From NCBI GenBank assembly GCA_963758525.1, contig CAVWVQ010000003.1:4160001-4224000 (forward strand): a stretch of 64,000 nucleotides of DNA, read 5' to 3'. A program made the position numbers and the translations under genes. Below, piece by piece: positions 29,796 through 41,215 of the stretch. This DNA is from an uncultured Phycisphaerales bacterium (GTDB taxonomy: Bacteria > Planctomycetota > Phycisphaerae > Tepidisphaerales > Tepidisphaeraceae). Within the stretch, counting starts at the first letter, position 1. Each line of letters opens with the position of its first letter. The notes below the pieces were generated by a model, which saw nothing but the letters and a program-made list of their open reading frames with translations, made no database searches and was not told the origin of the DNA.

Positions 29796-30022
29796 GGGTA
29801 CGGTTCTCCAGGGGCGGTAAATAGGCCAGATTGTCTCTCCGATAGCCGGAGCCGCGTCGATCAAATTGCTGACTTTCGCACGCTCCGCGGGAAGTTGCGA
29901 ATCGCATTATGTAGCGGACAACGCCGAAAAAGTAAAAACTGGCGAGCTGACGACCGGAACGATGGCGCTCAATTTCCGTCCGTCCACTCGGTGGGCGAGT
30001 ACTCCCACCCTAGAATAGCCGT

Positions 30023-31029
30023 ATGCCCGACCGCTTTGACCTTCCGATTCGCCCCCGCCGGTTGCGGCAGCAGCCGCAGCTTCGGGAAATGCTGCGCCGT
30101 CACGTGATCCGGCGCAGCGACATCATCGCCCCGGTCTTTGTCTGCGAGGGCCAGGGCGTGCGCCGAGAGGTGCCCTCCATGCCCGGCGTGTTTCAGATGT
30201 CTGCCGACGTGGCGCTGGACTGGCTGGGCGCCAGAGCGAACGAAGGCTTCGGCGCATATCTGGTTTTCGGCGTGATCGATCGGGCGAAGAAGGACCCGAT
30301 CGGATCGGCCGCGCTGGATGAGGGCAACGTCGTTTGTGAACTGCTGCGCCGCGCAAAAAGCGCCAAACTCAAAATGGCTGGGATCACGGACCTTTGTTTC
30401 TGTGAGTACACGAGCCATGGGCATTGCGGGCCGATGACCGCGGATCATGCGACGGTTCAGAACGACCAGACGGTTGCGCTTCTGGTCCGTCAGGCAATTA
30501 ACCACGCCCGAGCGGGAGCTGCTGTCATTGCGCCCAGCGGAATGATGGATGGCACCGTCGGCGCGCTGCGGAAAGGGCTGGACGCCGAGGGTTTGATCGA
30601 CGTGGCGATCCTGTCATATGCGGTGAAGTACGCCAGCGCCTTCTACGGTCCTTTTCGTGATGCCGCGGATTCGCGCCCGCGTTCGGCGACCGTCATTCGT
30701 ATCAAATGGACGGCGCCCGCGGCATCGACGAAGCGCTGCGAGAGGCCGCGCAGGATGTCGAGCAGGGCGCCGACATGGTGATGGTGAAGCCGGCCGGCGC
30801 ATATCTCGACGTCATTCGAGCGGTTCGCGAGAGTGTGCGGGTGCCGGTAGTGGCGTATCAAGTCAGCGGCGAGTACGCCATGATGGAAGCCGCTTTCCGC
30901 AACAACTGGCTGGAGCGGGAGCGGGCGGTTATGGAGTCGCTGGTTGCCATCAAACGTGCCGGGGCGGATCTGATCATTACCTACTATGCGGAACTGCTGG
31001 GGAAAATGCTGGCAGAGGAGAAGGGGTGA
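30023..31029 (+). CDS. hemB: Porphobilinogen synthase; frameshift ~30680
   Basis: [53 protein letters not shown]. Confidence 0.95.
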
Positions 31030-31117
31030 GGAGGAGCCAGAAGCCAGGAGTCAGAAGTCAGAAGCGTAAGAAGCCGGAAGCGGGTAGACCAGTTTCAAAC
31101 ATATCCGGAGGTATTCG

Positions 31118-31904
31118 ATGGATCTGCAACTTACGGGAAAGAAAGCATTGGTGACGGGATCGACCGCAGGTATCGGCCTAGCGATCGCGACGGCGCTGGC
31201 GGCTGAAGGGGCTGTCGTGACTGTCAATGGTCGGACGGAAGCGCGGGTCGAGCAGGCGGTGCAGACCATTCGGGCCAAGACCGGCGCCGCGGACGTTCGC
31301 GGAATTGCCGCCGACCTTGCGACGGCATCGGGGTGCAGGCAGCTCATCGCGTTGCTTCCGGCGGTTGACATTCTCGTAAACAATCTTGGCATCTTTGAAC
31401 CGAAGCCATTCACGGAAATCCCCGACGACGATTGGCTCCATCTGTTTGAGGCGAACGTTCTCAGCGGTGTGCGGATGTCACGGCAGTATCTGCCGAAAAT
31501 GCTGGCGGCGGGGTGGGGGCGCGTGATTTTCATCTCCAGCGAGTCGGCGGTGAACATTCCGGCGGAGATGATTCACTACGGAATGTCAAAAACCGCTCAG
31601 ATTGCCGTCGCGCGCGGATTGGCGGAGATGACCAAAGGAACTGCGGTGACGGTCAATAGCGTGCTGCCCGGGCCGACGCGTTCAGAGGGCGTCGAGTTGT
31701 TTCTGAAGCAGATGGCCGGCGCAAAGTCCGCGAGCGATGTCGAGAAGGACTTCTTCACGACGATTCGGCCGACGTCGCTGCTGAAACGGTTTGAGGAGCC
31801 GGAGGAAATCGCGCAGGTGGTGGCGTTCGTCGCCAGCCCGCGCATCAGCCATCAACGGAGCGGCCGTTCGTGCCGAAGGCGGCTGCATCCAGGCGGCACT
31901 TTAG
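31118..31904 (+). CDS. SDR family oxidoreductase; frameshift ~31840
   Basis: TGSTAGIG, NNLG, YGMSK, PGPT; corrected C-terminus SAINGAAVRAEGG. Confidence 0.92.
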
Positions 31905-31966
31905 GCAGTGGAATACGGCGAATGACGGCGCGCTGCGTCTGACGCGATCGGGCGCGCCAAGGGCAT

Positions 31967-32187
31967 GTTCGAAATTCGAATGACGAAGCTCGAATCCTCG
32001 AATCAAATCCGAAGTTCGAATGTCGAAACGGGGACCTAACCGGGGTCGACGCTGGCTCCGCAAACGCTTTGTTATCGATGCGGAACATTCGCGGCCGCCG
32101 GCCGGCCGGGGCCTTTGCATTTGTTTCTGGTTTCGAGCTTCGTCATTCGAGCTTGATTCGAGGATTCGAGCTTCTTCATTCGGATTT
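31967..32187. repeat. Inverted short-repeat hairpin (CGAATGACGAA...TTCGTCATTCG)
   Basis: Complementary arms of about 60 nt; related element at 54485-54668. Confidence 0.8.
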
Positions 32188-33972
32188 ATGATGGGCCTTC
32201 AGATCCGCGACGACGCGCTCGATCACGGAAGCCCAGTCGTCCCGTCTGCTCTGCCGGAACAGGCGCATCGTCGGATACCACGGGGTGTCTTCACGACCAA
32301 GCATCCACCGGAAATCGGTGAACGAGCCGATCAGCGTCCAGACCGGCTTGCCCAGGGCGCCGGCAAGATGGGCGACGGCGGTATCGACGGAAATCACCAG
32401 GTCGAGCTGTGCGATCACGGCCGCGGTGTCGGCGAAGTCTTTCAGATCCGGGCCGATCTGAATGAGATCGAAACCGTCGATCCGTTCCTCCGCAGCCTTG
32501 CCTTTTTGGAGACTGAAGTACGTTGCGCCAGCGACATCGGCGAGCGGCGCGAGCATTTCAAGAGACATCGACCGCTGACGGTCGCGGCGATGGGTGGGGC
32601 GCCCGGCCCATACAAGCCCGATCTTGCGCGCGGCGGCGGGCGCTTCCAATCGCGGCTTCCACTGCTCAATGTTCTGAGGATCGGGATGCAGATACGGCAC
32701 CGTCGCGGGGATCGTCTGAAGCGTGGTCCCGAAAGCGAATGGGAGGCTGAGCAGCGCGCACCGCACATCGAATGCTGACACCGTCCTGTCAGTTTCGATG
32801 CCTTCGGCGATCCTGCCAACGGTCATCAGCAGCGGCAGTATCTCTTTGCCGGCTTGCAGCAGCACGCGGGCGCCGCGCTCGACGATCAAAGGTGCGTAGC
32901 GGATGAACTGAATGGAGTCGCCGAATCCCTGCTCGGTGTGGAGGAGGATGGTTTTGCCGGCGATGTCGAAGCCGGTCCACTGCGGGACGTGGGAGAAGCG
33001 CGGATTTTGCGGGAAAGTCTTCGACTTCCATCGTATCTCGTATTCCCGAAAGCCTTGCGGCAGCTCGCCGATCGCCAGCAGGGCCAGGGCGCGGAGGCTG
33101 CGGAGTTCAGTGTCACCCGGTTTAAGCGCTATCGCCTTGTCGAGCAGCGGGAGGGCCTTTTGCTGCAGATTCAGGTCGGAGTAATTTCGGGCCAGCTCCT
33201 CAAGGACGGCGGTCGAATCGGGGCTGACTGCAAGGGCACGCTCGAGCGGGGCGATGGTGTCTTCGTTGCGTCCCAGCATCCGGTACGCAATGGCGAGATT
33301 GAAGTTGGCGTCGAAGTGATCTGGGTCCATTCGCAGCGCCTGTTGAAGGCACTCGATCGCCTCCTCGAGGCGGCCCGCTTTTCCGAGCGTCTGGCCGAGG
33401 CGCTGGAGCGTGCCTGGCGCATGGGGGTTGAGTCGCAGGCTCTGGCGAAAGGCCGACTCGGCTTCTGGAAACTTCCCCAGTTGGTCGAACGCCATCCCGA
33501 GTTGGAGATATCCTTGGGCAAAACCGGGATCGATTTTGACGGTCCGCTTGAACGAGTCGATCGCGCGATCGAGCTGGCCGATGCGCGCCAGAAAGAGGCC
33601 GAAAGCGCCCAGCAAGTCGCGCTCCCGGGGCTTCAACTCGCACGCACGCGCATAGGCGGCGTCAGCGCGCGGCGCTTGACCGAGACGTTCACTGACAACG
33701 GCGATGCGCCAGTGAAGCAAATGGTCGGTGCGACGCAGTGCCACGGCGCGGTCGAGGAGCTGCAGCGCGATCTGGTCCTGGCCGACCTGGTGCGCCAGCC
33801 AGCCCAGACCCTGCAGCGCATCGGCGTTTTCGGCGTCGTGCGCGAGAATTTGCAGATACGCCGACTCCGCTTCGGCAAACCGTCTGTCGCTTTGAAGCTG
33901 GCGCAGCCGCAAGCATCTGGGGAATTTGCACGCGAGGATTTTAGTGGGGGCGGCAGAGTTTCCAAAGTTCAT
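32176..33972 (-). CDS. TPR-repeat protein with C-terminal glycosyltransferase-like (GT9-type) domain
   Basis: Multiple TPRs; EQGFGDSIQFIRY, IGLVWAG, DLVISVDTAVAHLAGALG; start uncertain. Confidence 0.85.
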   Translation of the reverse strand: MNFGNSAAPTKILACKFPRCLRLRQLQSDRRFAEAESAYLQILAHDAENADALQGLGWLAHQVGQDQIALQLLDRAVALRRTDHLLHWRIAVVSERLGQAPRADAAYARACELKPRERDLLGAFGLFLARIGQLDRAIDSFKRTVKIDPGFAQGYLQLGMAFDQLGKFPEAESAFRQSLRLNPHAPGTLQRLGQTLGKAGRLEEAIECLQQALRMDPDHFDANFNLAIAYRMLGRNEDTIAPLERALAVSPDSTAVLEELARNYSDLNLQQKALPLLDKAIALKPGDTELRSLRALALLAIGELPQGFREYEIRWKSKTFPQNPRFSHVPQWTGFDIAGKTILLHTEQGFGDSIQFIRYAPLIVERGARVLLQAGKEILPLLMTVGRIAEGIETDRTVSAFDVRCALLSLPFAFGTTLQTIPATVPYLHPDPQNIEQWKPRLEAPAAARKIGLVWAGRPTHRRDRQRSMSLEMLAPLADVAGATYFSLQKGKAAEERIDGFDLIQIGPDLKDFADTAAVIAQLDLVISVDTAVAHLAGALGKPVWTLIGSFTDFRWMLGREDTPWYPTMRLFRQSRRDDWASVIERVVADLKAHHKSE

Positions 33973-34010
33973 CGAACGGAGCGAGCGCATTCGTATCGCG
34001 AACAATTGAA

Positions 34011-34098
34011 CTTTTTCATTTTTCATTTTTCATTGAACATTCCTTTGGTCCTTGGCGATGGGGCGAGAATGAAAAATGAAAATTGGAAAATGAAAAAG
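34011..34098. repeat. Inverted AT-rich short repeat (TTTTCAT)n ... (ATGAAAA)n
   Basis: ctttttcatttttcatttttcatt ... aatgaaaaatgaaaattggaaaatgaaaaag. Confidence 0.8.
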
Positions 34099-34128
34099 CT
34101 AAAGTGGTTTGATTGACCGCGAGTCTCG

Positions 34129-35168
34129 TTATTTCGCGGGCGCTACCACGACGATCTTGAACGTGTCTGGAATCGGCGACGGACGTGCGTTGGGTTTGTC
34201 CGGGTCGGCAGGCTTCATATCGGCGGTGGGCAGGTAGAGCGTGTGCGTCGTGCTGTCGACCGCCAATGTGCGCGCGCCCGCCGCGGTATTCAGCGTTTGC
34301 AGCAGCGTGATCTTGTCGGGACCGTTCTCGGCGAAAACCCATAGCGTGCCATCGCCGCAACTGGCGAGAATCCTGCCGTCGTCAAAGACGGTCGCATCCA
34401 CGCCTTTGCCGATGGGGAGGTTGGAAACGATCTTGCCGGTCTCAGTGTCGAGGATGATGAGCATCTGATTGCGGCAGCCGATGAACAGCAGATGATGCGC
34501 GGGATCAATGGCCAACGACGTGGGCTTCGCGCCGGGGGCGATGGGCCAGCGGGCGAGCTGCTTCATCTCCTTGGGATCGAATTCCACGACCTCGTTCTTG
34601 TCGGCGACGTTGACAAACGCGTGACCGGCGCCGTCCGCGGCCAGGAACTCGGGCTTACCACCGAGGTCGAGCGTTCCGGCTGCCGTCCCATTCACGGGAT
34701 CAACGTCTGCGGCGACCGCCATCACGACTGCGGCGTCGCCGCATCCGACCAGGATGCGCTGCGTTGCGCCGTCATAGATGATCGCGTCGGCATCGGCCGC
34801 GGCTTTGATCTTGCCGAGAACGGCGTGCGACTTCATGTCAAAGACGACGACCGAGCCACCCTCTCCGTCGCTGATGAAGCCGCGATTGAGCGCGGGCACG
34901 AGCGCGACCCCGTGAACTCCGCCCAGATCCGTAATATCTGCCACCTTCTTCGCCGCGTCTTCCGACAGCACCATGACATGCGTGGTCCGCGGGACGTAGA
35001 GTAACTTTGCCTCCGGGTCAACTGTAATGTAATCCCACCGCCCCGCACCCCCGACGGGAAGTGTGGCCGAGACGCTGTACGGGCCCGGCGCGGGTCCGCG
35101 AAGAGCGCGGCGCTGCCCAGGCAGCAGATCATCAATGGAATCAGACGGCAGATATTGCATAGTTTCAT
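34129..35168 (-). CDS. YncE-family secreted beta-propeller; frameshift ~35095
   Basis: GRWDYITVD, GVHGVAL, GARTLAVD; signal peptide MKLCNICRLIPLMICCLGSAALFA with AGGAGG RBS lies in another frame. Confidence 0.8.
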
Positions 35169-35256
35169 CATTGCTCCTCCTCGTAACATGTGGCACCTTA
35201 CGCCACGAAGAAAAGGCCGCGATTTCCTGCGCGGCCTGGTTATTTCCGACCCAGCC

Positions 35257-36123
35257 ATGTTGATCTCCGCGCCGCATACTCCGGCCCTGTGGCTTCTCGA
35301 AGTGGCGGCGGCCTCGTTTTGCGGGGGAATTGTCGGATCGATCAGCGGTCTGGGCGGCGGAATCGTCATCGTCCCGGTCCTCACGCTCTTCCTCGGAATG
35401 AAAATCGAGGACGCGATCGCCGCGAGTATCGTTTCAGTAATCGCGGTGTCCAGTGGGGCGGGTTCAGTTTACGTGAAGGACCGCATCACGAATATTCGGA
35501 TCGCGATGTTTCTCGAACTGTCGACGGCCGCCGGGGCATTGCTGGGGGCGGCGGTGCTGACGCGATACGTCAATCCCCGCCTCCTGTTGATTCTCTTTGG
35601 CCTGCTTCTGCTCCTCTCGCTGATTCCGATCTTCGCCCGGCTCGGCGAGGAATTGCCGCACGGGGTGACCAATGACAGGCTCTCCAGGCTGTTGGGTCTG
35701 AACGGTGTATATCACGACAAGCGGCTCGCGCGGGATGTTGCGTACAACGTAACGGGTATTCCCGAGGCGCTGGGAATCATGTTCGGCGCGGGGGTCATCT
35801 CGGGATTGCTGGGAATCGGAGCGGGAGTGGTCAAGGTGCTCGCCCACGAAATTGCAATGAAGGTGCCGACGAAGGTATCAACGGCGACGAGCAATTTTAT
35901 GATCGGGGTGACTGCGGCGGCGGCGGCAGGGGTCTACCTTCGGCGCGGGCTGGTGCTGCCGTTTCTCGTGGTTCCGGTGGCGACCGGTGTTCTGGCAGGG
36001 GCGTTTCTCGGGACCATGTTGATGGAGCGCATGTCCAACGCCTGGATCAGGCGCGTTTTCGCCATCACGCTGGGTGTGATCGGCCTGCAGATGCTGCTGC
36101 GCGGGCTGGGAGTGAGGTTGTGA
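35257..36123 (+). CDS. Sulfite exporter TauE/SafE family protein
   Basis: GLGGGIVIVP, SGLLGIGAG, STATSNFMIGVTAA. Confidence 0.88.
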   Translation: MLISAPHTPALWLLEVAAASFCGGIVGSISGLGGGIVIVPVLTLFLGMKIEDAIAASIVSVIAVSSGAGSVYVKDRITNIRIAMFLELSTAAGALLGAAVLTRYVNPRLLLILFGLLLLLSLIPIFARLGEELPHGVTNDRLSRLLGLNGVYHDKRLARDVAYNVTGIPEALGIMFGAGVISGLLGIGAGVVKVLAHEIAMKVPTKVSTATSNFMIGVTAAAAAGVYLRRGLVLPFLVVPVATGVLAGAFLGTMLMERMSNAWIRRVFAITLGVIGLQMLLRGLGVRL

Positions 36124-36503
36124 ACAAGCCGGAACAGAAGATCGCCGAGCGCGGAGGAATCATCAATGATGTTTCGGCGTGGGTCTTGCGCACGGGCGTG
36201 GTCATGAGCGTGGCCGTCATGCTCACGGGGATTCTCTTCAGCTTCGTTCACGGGACCGTCTCGCTGGAGCGCGTGCAGACCGCCACATTTGATTACAAGC
36301 CGGCGGCGATTGTTCATGGGATCGCGACTGGCCGCGGACAGAGCATCATCGAGGCGGGAATTTACCTGCTGGTGCTCACGCCGGTGATGCGCGTCTTCAT
36401 GTCGATGGTCCTTTTCGTCTTCGCCGAGAAAGACTGGGTCTACGGCGTCATCACGTTTGTGGTGCTGATGCTGACGTTGACCGGGCTTCTGTGGCTCGGA
36501 TGA
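36120..36503 (+). CDS. DUF1634-like membrane protein
   Basis: VLRTGV, GIYLLVLTPVMRV; GTGA overlap with TauE, a usual pairing. Confidence 0.8.
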   Translation: MNKPEQKIAERGGIINDVSAWVLRTGVVMSVAVMLTGILFSFVHGTVSLERVQTATFDYKPAAIVHGIATGRGQSIIEAGIYLLVLTPVMRVFMSMVLFVFAEKDWVYGVITFVVLMLTLTGLLWLG

Positions 36504-36519
36504 ATCTTCCCAAAACATC

Positions 36520-37413
36520 TCATGCCGCTTGACGGCGCAGAGGCAGCACACGAGCGGGCGCCGGCGTTGGAACTTCCACGGGCCGAACAGCGTCGCCGTT
36601 GAACGTCCAGCCGCCGATGATTCCCTGCACGACGGAAAGGGCCACGACGCTCTGTTGAGGCCGACGGCGCGCCAGTCCGAGCGTCGCTCCCGCCAGCGGG
36701 CGCATCCAGTGATACATCGCGTACCACGCCGGATATTTTCCCAGTCGCAGAACCCTGCCCTGGCCCATTGCGTAACGCCGCGACTTCTCGCGGTGTTCCG
36801 CGAAACCCATCTGCGGATTTTCGTGGTGAATCTGGATCGAGGGCTGATAGGTGAGGTGAAAGTTCATCGCCAGGGCGCGAATGAGGTATTCCGTGCCTTC
36901 CCCTGCGCCAAACTCCGTGCCGGCGCCCGGGCCGAGGGTCTCGTTGAGATCGCCGACATGCTCGACCAGCTCGCGGCGGAGAAACATCGTCCATTCGATG
37001 GCGCGCTTCCAGACATTCCAGCGTCCGATCCGGCTTGGCCGTTCCGACCAGCGCAATGCGTCGGCGGGGCGGCCGCTGAGACCGTCCCATTCCGGGTGCG
37101 TCGCAAACAGCGCCGAAACGTGCTCCAAGAGGCGCGACGGATACCAGCAATCATCGTCGGGAAAGGTGATTAAATCTCCCCTGGCGTGGGCGATGCCGAC
37201 GTTGCGCCCGCGCAAAGCGCCCTTGCCCGAGCGAACGTGCACCAGCGGAAAGCGGTCGTGGTAGGGAGCGAGAATCGGATCGAGCATTTGCGTGGAGTTT
37301 TGATCGACAACGATCATCTCAAAGTCGCGGCAGCTCTGCGCGTCCACCGACGCCAGCAGCCGGTCAAGCTCGTGGGTTCGGCCCAGCGTGGAGGTAATCA
37401 ACGAAAACTTCAT
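36520..37413 (-). CDS. Glycosyltransferase family 2
   Basis: FSLITST, IVVDQNS, RNVGI, FPDDDCW. Confidence 0.88.
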   Translation of the reverse strand: MKFSLITSTLGRTHELDRLLASVDAQSCRDFEMIVVDQNSTQMLDPILAPYHDRFPLVHVRSGKGALRGRNVGIAHARGDLITFPDDDCWYPSRLLEHVSALFATHPEWDGLSGRPADALRWSERPSRIGRWNVWKRAIEWTMFLRRELVEHVGDLNETLGPGAGTEFGAGEGTEYLIRALAMNFHLTYQPSIQIHHENPQMGFAEHREKSRRYAMGQGRVLRLGKYPAWYAMYHWMRPLAGATLGLARRRPQQSVVALSVVQGIIGGWTFNGDAVRPVEVPTPAPARVLPLRRQAA

Positions 37414-37427
37414 GCGTATTCTCCTCT

Positions 37428-38765
37428 TCAGGCGGCAACCGGCAGGCTTGCCGCGTCATCCGTGACAAAAGGCTCTTCTCGGCCGCCGCGGGCCGACTCG
37501 CGGAGCAACGCGCTCCCGACAACAAAACCGGCCAGCGTCGATGCGCACGCTCCCGCCAGCGACCACATCACACCCCCGAACAGGGCCAGCGGCAGTGTGA
37601 TCGCGACGGTTCCGCCAACCATCGCGAGCTGGATCATCAGCGCCGAACGGCTCCGCGCCATTCCATTGAGCAGCGAGCTCTGAACCACGCAGAGGTACGA
37701 GATGAGATATGCCGCCGCGAAAAATCGCAGTGGCGTCCCAAGGGAAAGGTAGGGGGAGGCGGCGCCGTAGAAGAGGCGCAGGGCCACGCCGGGGTTCACC
37801 GCGAGCAGCAGATAATAGGGAATGACCAGCAAACCGCCGATGGCGCCGTACGCCAGGGCGATTCGGAAGGCGGCCACGCGTCCGCCGGAGCGCAGCTCGC
37901 GCGCCGACGCCGGGACGATGAGATTTCCGATGCTGAACAGCGCCGGGTGCGTGACGCCAAGGATTGTTCCCAGCGCGAGCAGCTTTGCGGCTTCGGCGGC
38001 TCCGTGCGCCGCGGCAAGGGTCCAGAGCACCGCTTGAATGTTGACCACGCTGGCGAGGTTGCTCAGCGCCGTCCAGCGGCCCAGGTCCCAGCAGTCGCGG
38101 GCACGTTGTACGATATCGTTGCCGGAAGCAATTTGAGGCCTGATCTGCAGCCACTGCACAAGCGCCGCCAGCGCGGAAGTCAGCGCCATCACCAGAAAGA
38201 TATTCGGCAGCGATGCCTGACCGCGCCAGATCAGAAGTCCGACGAGCGCCGCTTGCCCCAGATAGCTGATCCCATCTCCCCAGAGCGCGTCGCGGTACCG
38301 CAGTTGCGACATCAGCGCCCGGCGGAGCGTCTCCTGGAACTGCCAGAGGATCACCACCGCGATAACCCATGGCGCAATTGCCAGCACTTTCATGGCCCAG
38401 GCGGCCCACGCGATTCCCAATGTCATCGGCAGCAGGATTACCGCGGTGAGCACCAGCGACATCCAGGTAAGCCGCCGAAGCTTTTCCGCGTCGCTGGTTG
38501 CGCCATGAACAGAGAGAGGATAATTGATCAGGGAGCTTTGGATGTTGTTGAGAAGCATCATGACGCCGAGCACGACGCCGTAGATTCCGAAGTCCGCCTG
38601 GGAGAGCCTGCGCCCCAGCAGCAGCATCGTGACAAAGTTGCCGAGGCTGACCACGCCTTGGTCGGCCAGGCTCCAAAAGCTGGTGACGACGCGCCCGCGC
38701 CATGGCGGTGCTGCCGGCGGGGCGGCGGTGTCAGTCGCGGGTTGGAAAGATTGCTGGCTTTTCAC
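37428..38765 (-). CDS. Polysaccharide flippase/exporter (Wzx/MATE-like)
   Basis: SLADQGVVSLGNF...DFGIY; about 12 TMs; co-oriented with the GT2. Confidence 0.75.
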   Translation of the reverse strand: MKSQQSFQPATDTAAPPAAPPWRGRVVTSFWSLADQGVVSLGNFVTMLLLGRRLSQADFGIYGVVLGVMMLLNNIQSSLINYPLSVHGATSDAEKLRRLTWMSLVLTAVILLPMTLGIAWAAWAMKVLAIAPWVIAVVILWQFQETLRRALMSQLRYRDALWGDGISYLGQAALVGLLIWRGQASLPNIFLVMALTSALAALVQWLQIRPQIASGNDIVQRARDCWDLGRWTALSNLASVVNIQAVLWTLAAAHGAAEAAKLLALGTILGVTHPALFSIGNLIVPASARELRSGGRVAAFRIALAYGAIGGLLVIPYYLLLAVNPGVALRLFYGAASPYLSLGTPLRFFAAAYLISYLCVVQSSLLNGMARSRSALMIQLAMVGGTVAITLPLALFGGVMWSLAGACASTLAGFVVGSALLRESARGGREEPFVTDDAASLPVAA

Positions 38766-39149
38766 GGCGATTACTGCATGACCTTGCGCGATGACGCGCT
38801 TCCCGAGACTTTTAGCGGCTGCCCCAAGGGCGCATATTCATCGCACGACCGCGTACTCACGTTGTCGGCCGCGTCATATCGCGACCGGCGCCGCGGTTTT
38901 TCCAGCGCGGGATGGTGCTCGCGAGGCACCGCCTAAAGGTTTCGGCGGAGCGCCGCGATCAGGTCCTGTAACTGTTATCGTGAAGAACGGGCCAATAACT
39001 TTCGCCAGAACGGGGATGAAATCGAAAGTTGTAGGGATTTCCCCCTATGACGGGGAGGCGGGACATTGCACCGCGCCAGCGTTGGGTGCGCAAACAAAAG
39101 AGGACGGCGAGCGTTCGCCGTCCTCCTGAACATTGGCACGCGTTTTCGG

Positions 39150-39665
39150 TCAGAACCGGAATCCGATGCCCAGATCATATACAAACTGGCCGTTGCTGAA
39201 ATTGTTGTGGTTGGCGTGTCCTTCGGTAAAAAAGAACTCGTATTGAACGGATACGAAGATGAACGTCGTGGTGTTGACGAACACTTTCAAGCCACCCTCG
39301 GGTCCGGCTTCAAACGTGTCATGGAAACCGTTCTCGCCGTAGAGGTAACCGATATTCGCGCCGACATAGGGCGCGAATTGTCCCTGGTCGCCCAGAGGGA
39401 AGTGGAGATCCGCGGCCACATCGGTGCCGCCGTCCAGCGAGACTCCATTCAGATCGCTGTAGGAGACGTTCTGCCGTAGCGCAGCCTCGAAATTGTCCCC
39501 GAAGAAATACCCGAGGCTTCCGGTGATGCCGCCCGTGACCCCGTCGAACCTCCGTCCGTTTTCCGCGTTCCCGCCAAGAGTCAGTTCCCATGGCGAGTGT
39601 TGTTGGGCCATCGCCATCGCTGGGAGCAGAACGACCGCCAACACAACCAGTCCGTTGCGCGACAT
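39150..39665 (-). CDS. Outer membrane beta-barrel protein
   Basis: Signal peptide, amphipathic strands, PYVGANIGY, terminal GIGFRF. Confidence 0.8.
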   Translation of the reverse strand: MSRNGLVVLAVVLLPAMAMAQQHSPWELTLGGNAENGRRFDGVTGGITGSLGYFFGDNFEAALRQNVSYSDLNGVSLDGGTDVAADLHFPLGDQGQFAPYVGANIGYLYGENGFHDTFEAGPEGGLKVFVNTTTFIFVSVQYEFFFTEGHANHNNFSNGQFVYDLGIGFRF

Positions 39666-39811
39666 AGATTCCTCCATTGCTAAAACGCTTCGCTGAGGCA
39701 ATCACACGATCGCCTCTCGAAGCCGGCGGCAATGTAGGACTGGTTGCGTTCTGCGCGAATGGAGGAATTTGCTGACGTGGATATTTTGTTGGTACTGCCG
39801 AAAAGCGGCTG

Positions 39812-41215
39812 TCAGACGTTCCGGAGCTTGTTCAGCCCGTTAAGCGCCGCGACTTTATAAGCCTCGGCCAAGGTGGGGAAGTTGAAGACATTGTTGATGA
39901 AGTAGTCGACGGTGCCGTTGAGAGCCATGACAGCCTGCCCGATGTGGATGAGTTCCGTGGCGCCCGTGCCGATGGCATGACACCCCAGAATCTGGTGATT
40001 CTCCTGGTGGATCAGCAGCTTGAGCATCCCGCTATCGTCACCCAGCAATTGTCCGCGGGCGATCTCCTTGTATTGGGCGATGCCGGCTTCGTAGGGGATG
40101 CCGGCGTCGGTGAGCTGTTTCTCGGTCCGTCCGACCATGCTGATCTCCGGCAGCGCGTAAATGCCCAGCGGAAAAAGTTCGGGCATGCTGTTCGTCGGTG
40201 CTCCGAACGCGTGGCAGACCGCAAGGCGACCCTGTTCCATCGCGGTACTGGCCAAGGCGGGGAAGCCAACGACGTCGCCGACAGCATAGATGTGCGGCAC
40301 TTCCGTCTGATAGAAGCCGTTCACTTTCAATCGTTCGCGGTCGTCTGCCTTCAATCCGGCGGCATCCAGCCGCAACGCGTTGGTGGTCCCCTGGCGTCCA
40401 ACGGCATAGAGCAGCGTCTGCGCCCGCAGATGCTTCCCGGATTCGAGAGTCGCCTGCACGAGGCCGCCGTGTCCGTTTTCCGGCGGCAACTGCTCGATCT
40501 TTTCGACCTTCTCTCCAAGGCGCAGCGTCATGCCTGCGCGGCGCATCTGATACTGAAATGCCTCGGTGATCTCGCTGTCGAGAAACCCGAGCACCTCGTT
40601 GCGTCCCTCAACCAGCGTGACGCGCACGCCCAGCGTCGACATCATGCAGGCGTATTCCGTCCCGATCACGCCGCCGCCAACAATGATCATGCTCTTCGGC
40701 AGGGTCTCCAGCTTCAGGAATGCATCTGAACAGAAAATTGTTGAGTGATTGAAGGGGATGTGCGACGGCCGGGCTGGACGCGTTCCAGTCGCGACGACGA
40801 ATTTGTCGGCCGAGAGGATCTCGAAATCTTCCGGCCGCTCCACCCGCATCGTCGTCGGGCTCTCGAAATAGGCCGAGCCCCACAGCAGCTCAATCCCGTT
40901 TCGGTCAAAGTGGTCGCGAATAATCTCCATCTCATGATGGATGACCTGTTGGCTGACATAAATCAGGTCAGTGATCGTAATGTTTCGTTTGACGCGATAG
41001 CTCTGGCCGAAAAGCCCGCGCTTATTGACGCCGGTGAGGTGCATCACGGCTTCGCGCAGCGCTTTGGAGGGAATAGTGCCGGTATTGACGGTGGCGCCGC
41101 CGAGAACGCTGTTTTTCTCAACGATCGCGACCTTCTTCCCAAGTTTTGCCGCCTGGATGGCCGCTTTTTGCCCTGCGGGCCCAGTCCCGATCACCACACA
41201 ATCAAATTGACGCAT
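39812..41215 (-). CDS. sthA: Soluble pyridine nucleotide transhydrogenase
   Basis: GTGPAG, GGATVNTGTIPSKALRE, GGGVIGTEYA, FNFPTLAEAYKVAALNG. Confidence 0.92.
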   Translation of the reverse strand: MRQFDCVVIGTGPAGQKAAIQAAKLGKKVAIVEKNSVLGGATVNTGTIPSKALREAVMHLTGVNKRGLFGQSYRVKRNITITDLIYVSQQVIHHEMEIIRDHFDRNGIELLWGSAYFESPTTMRVERPEDFEILSADKFVVATGTRPARPSHIPFNHSTIFCSDAFLKLETLPKSMIIVGGGVIGTEYACMMSTLGVRVTLVEGRNEVLGFLDSEITEAFQYQMRRAGMTLRLGEKVEKIEQLPPENGHGGLVQATLESGKHLRAQTLLYAVGRQGTTNALRLDAAGLKADDRERLKVNGFYQTEVPHIYAVGDVVGFPALASTAMEQGRLAVCHAFGAPTNSMPELFPLGIYALPEISMVGRTEKQLTDAGIPYEAGIAQYKEIARGQLLGDDSGMLKLLIHQENHQILGCHAIGTGATELIHIGQAVMALNGTVDYFINNVFNFPTLAEAYKVAALNGLNKLRNV

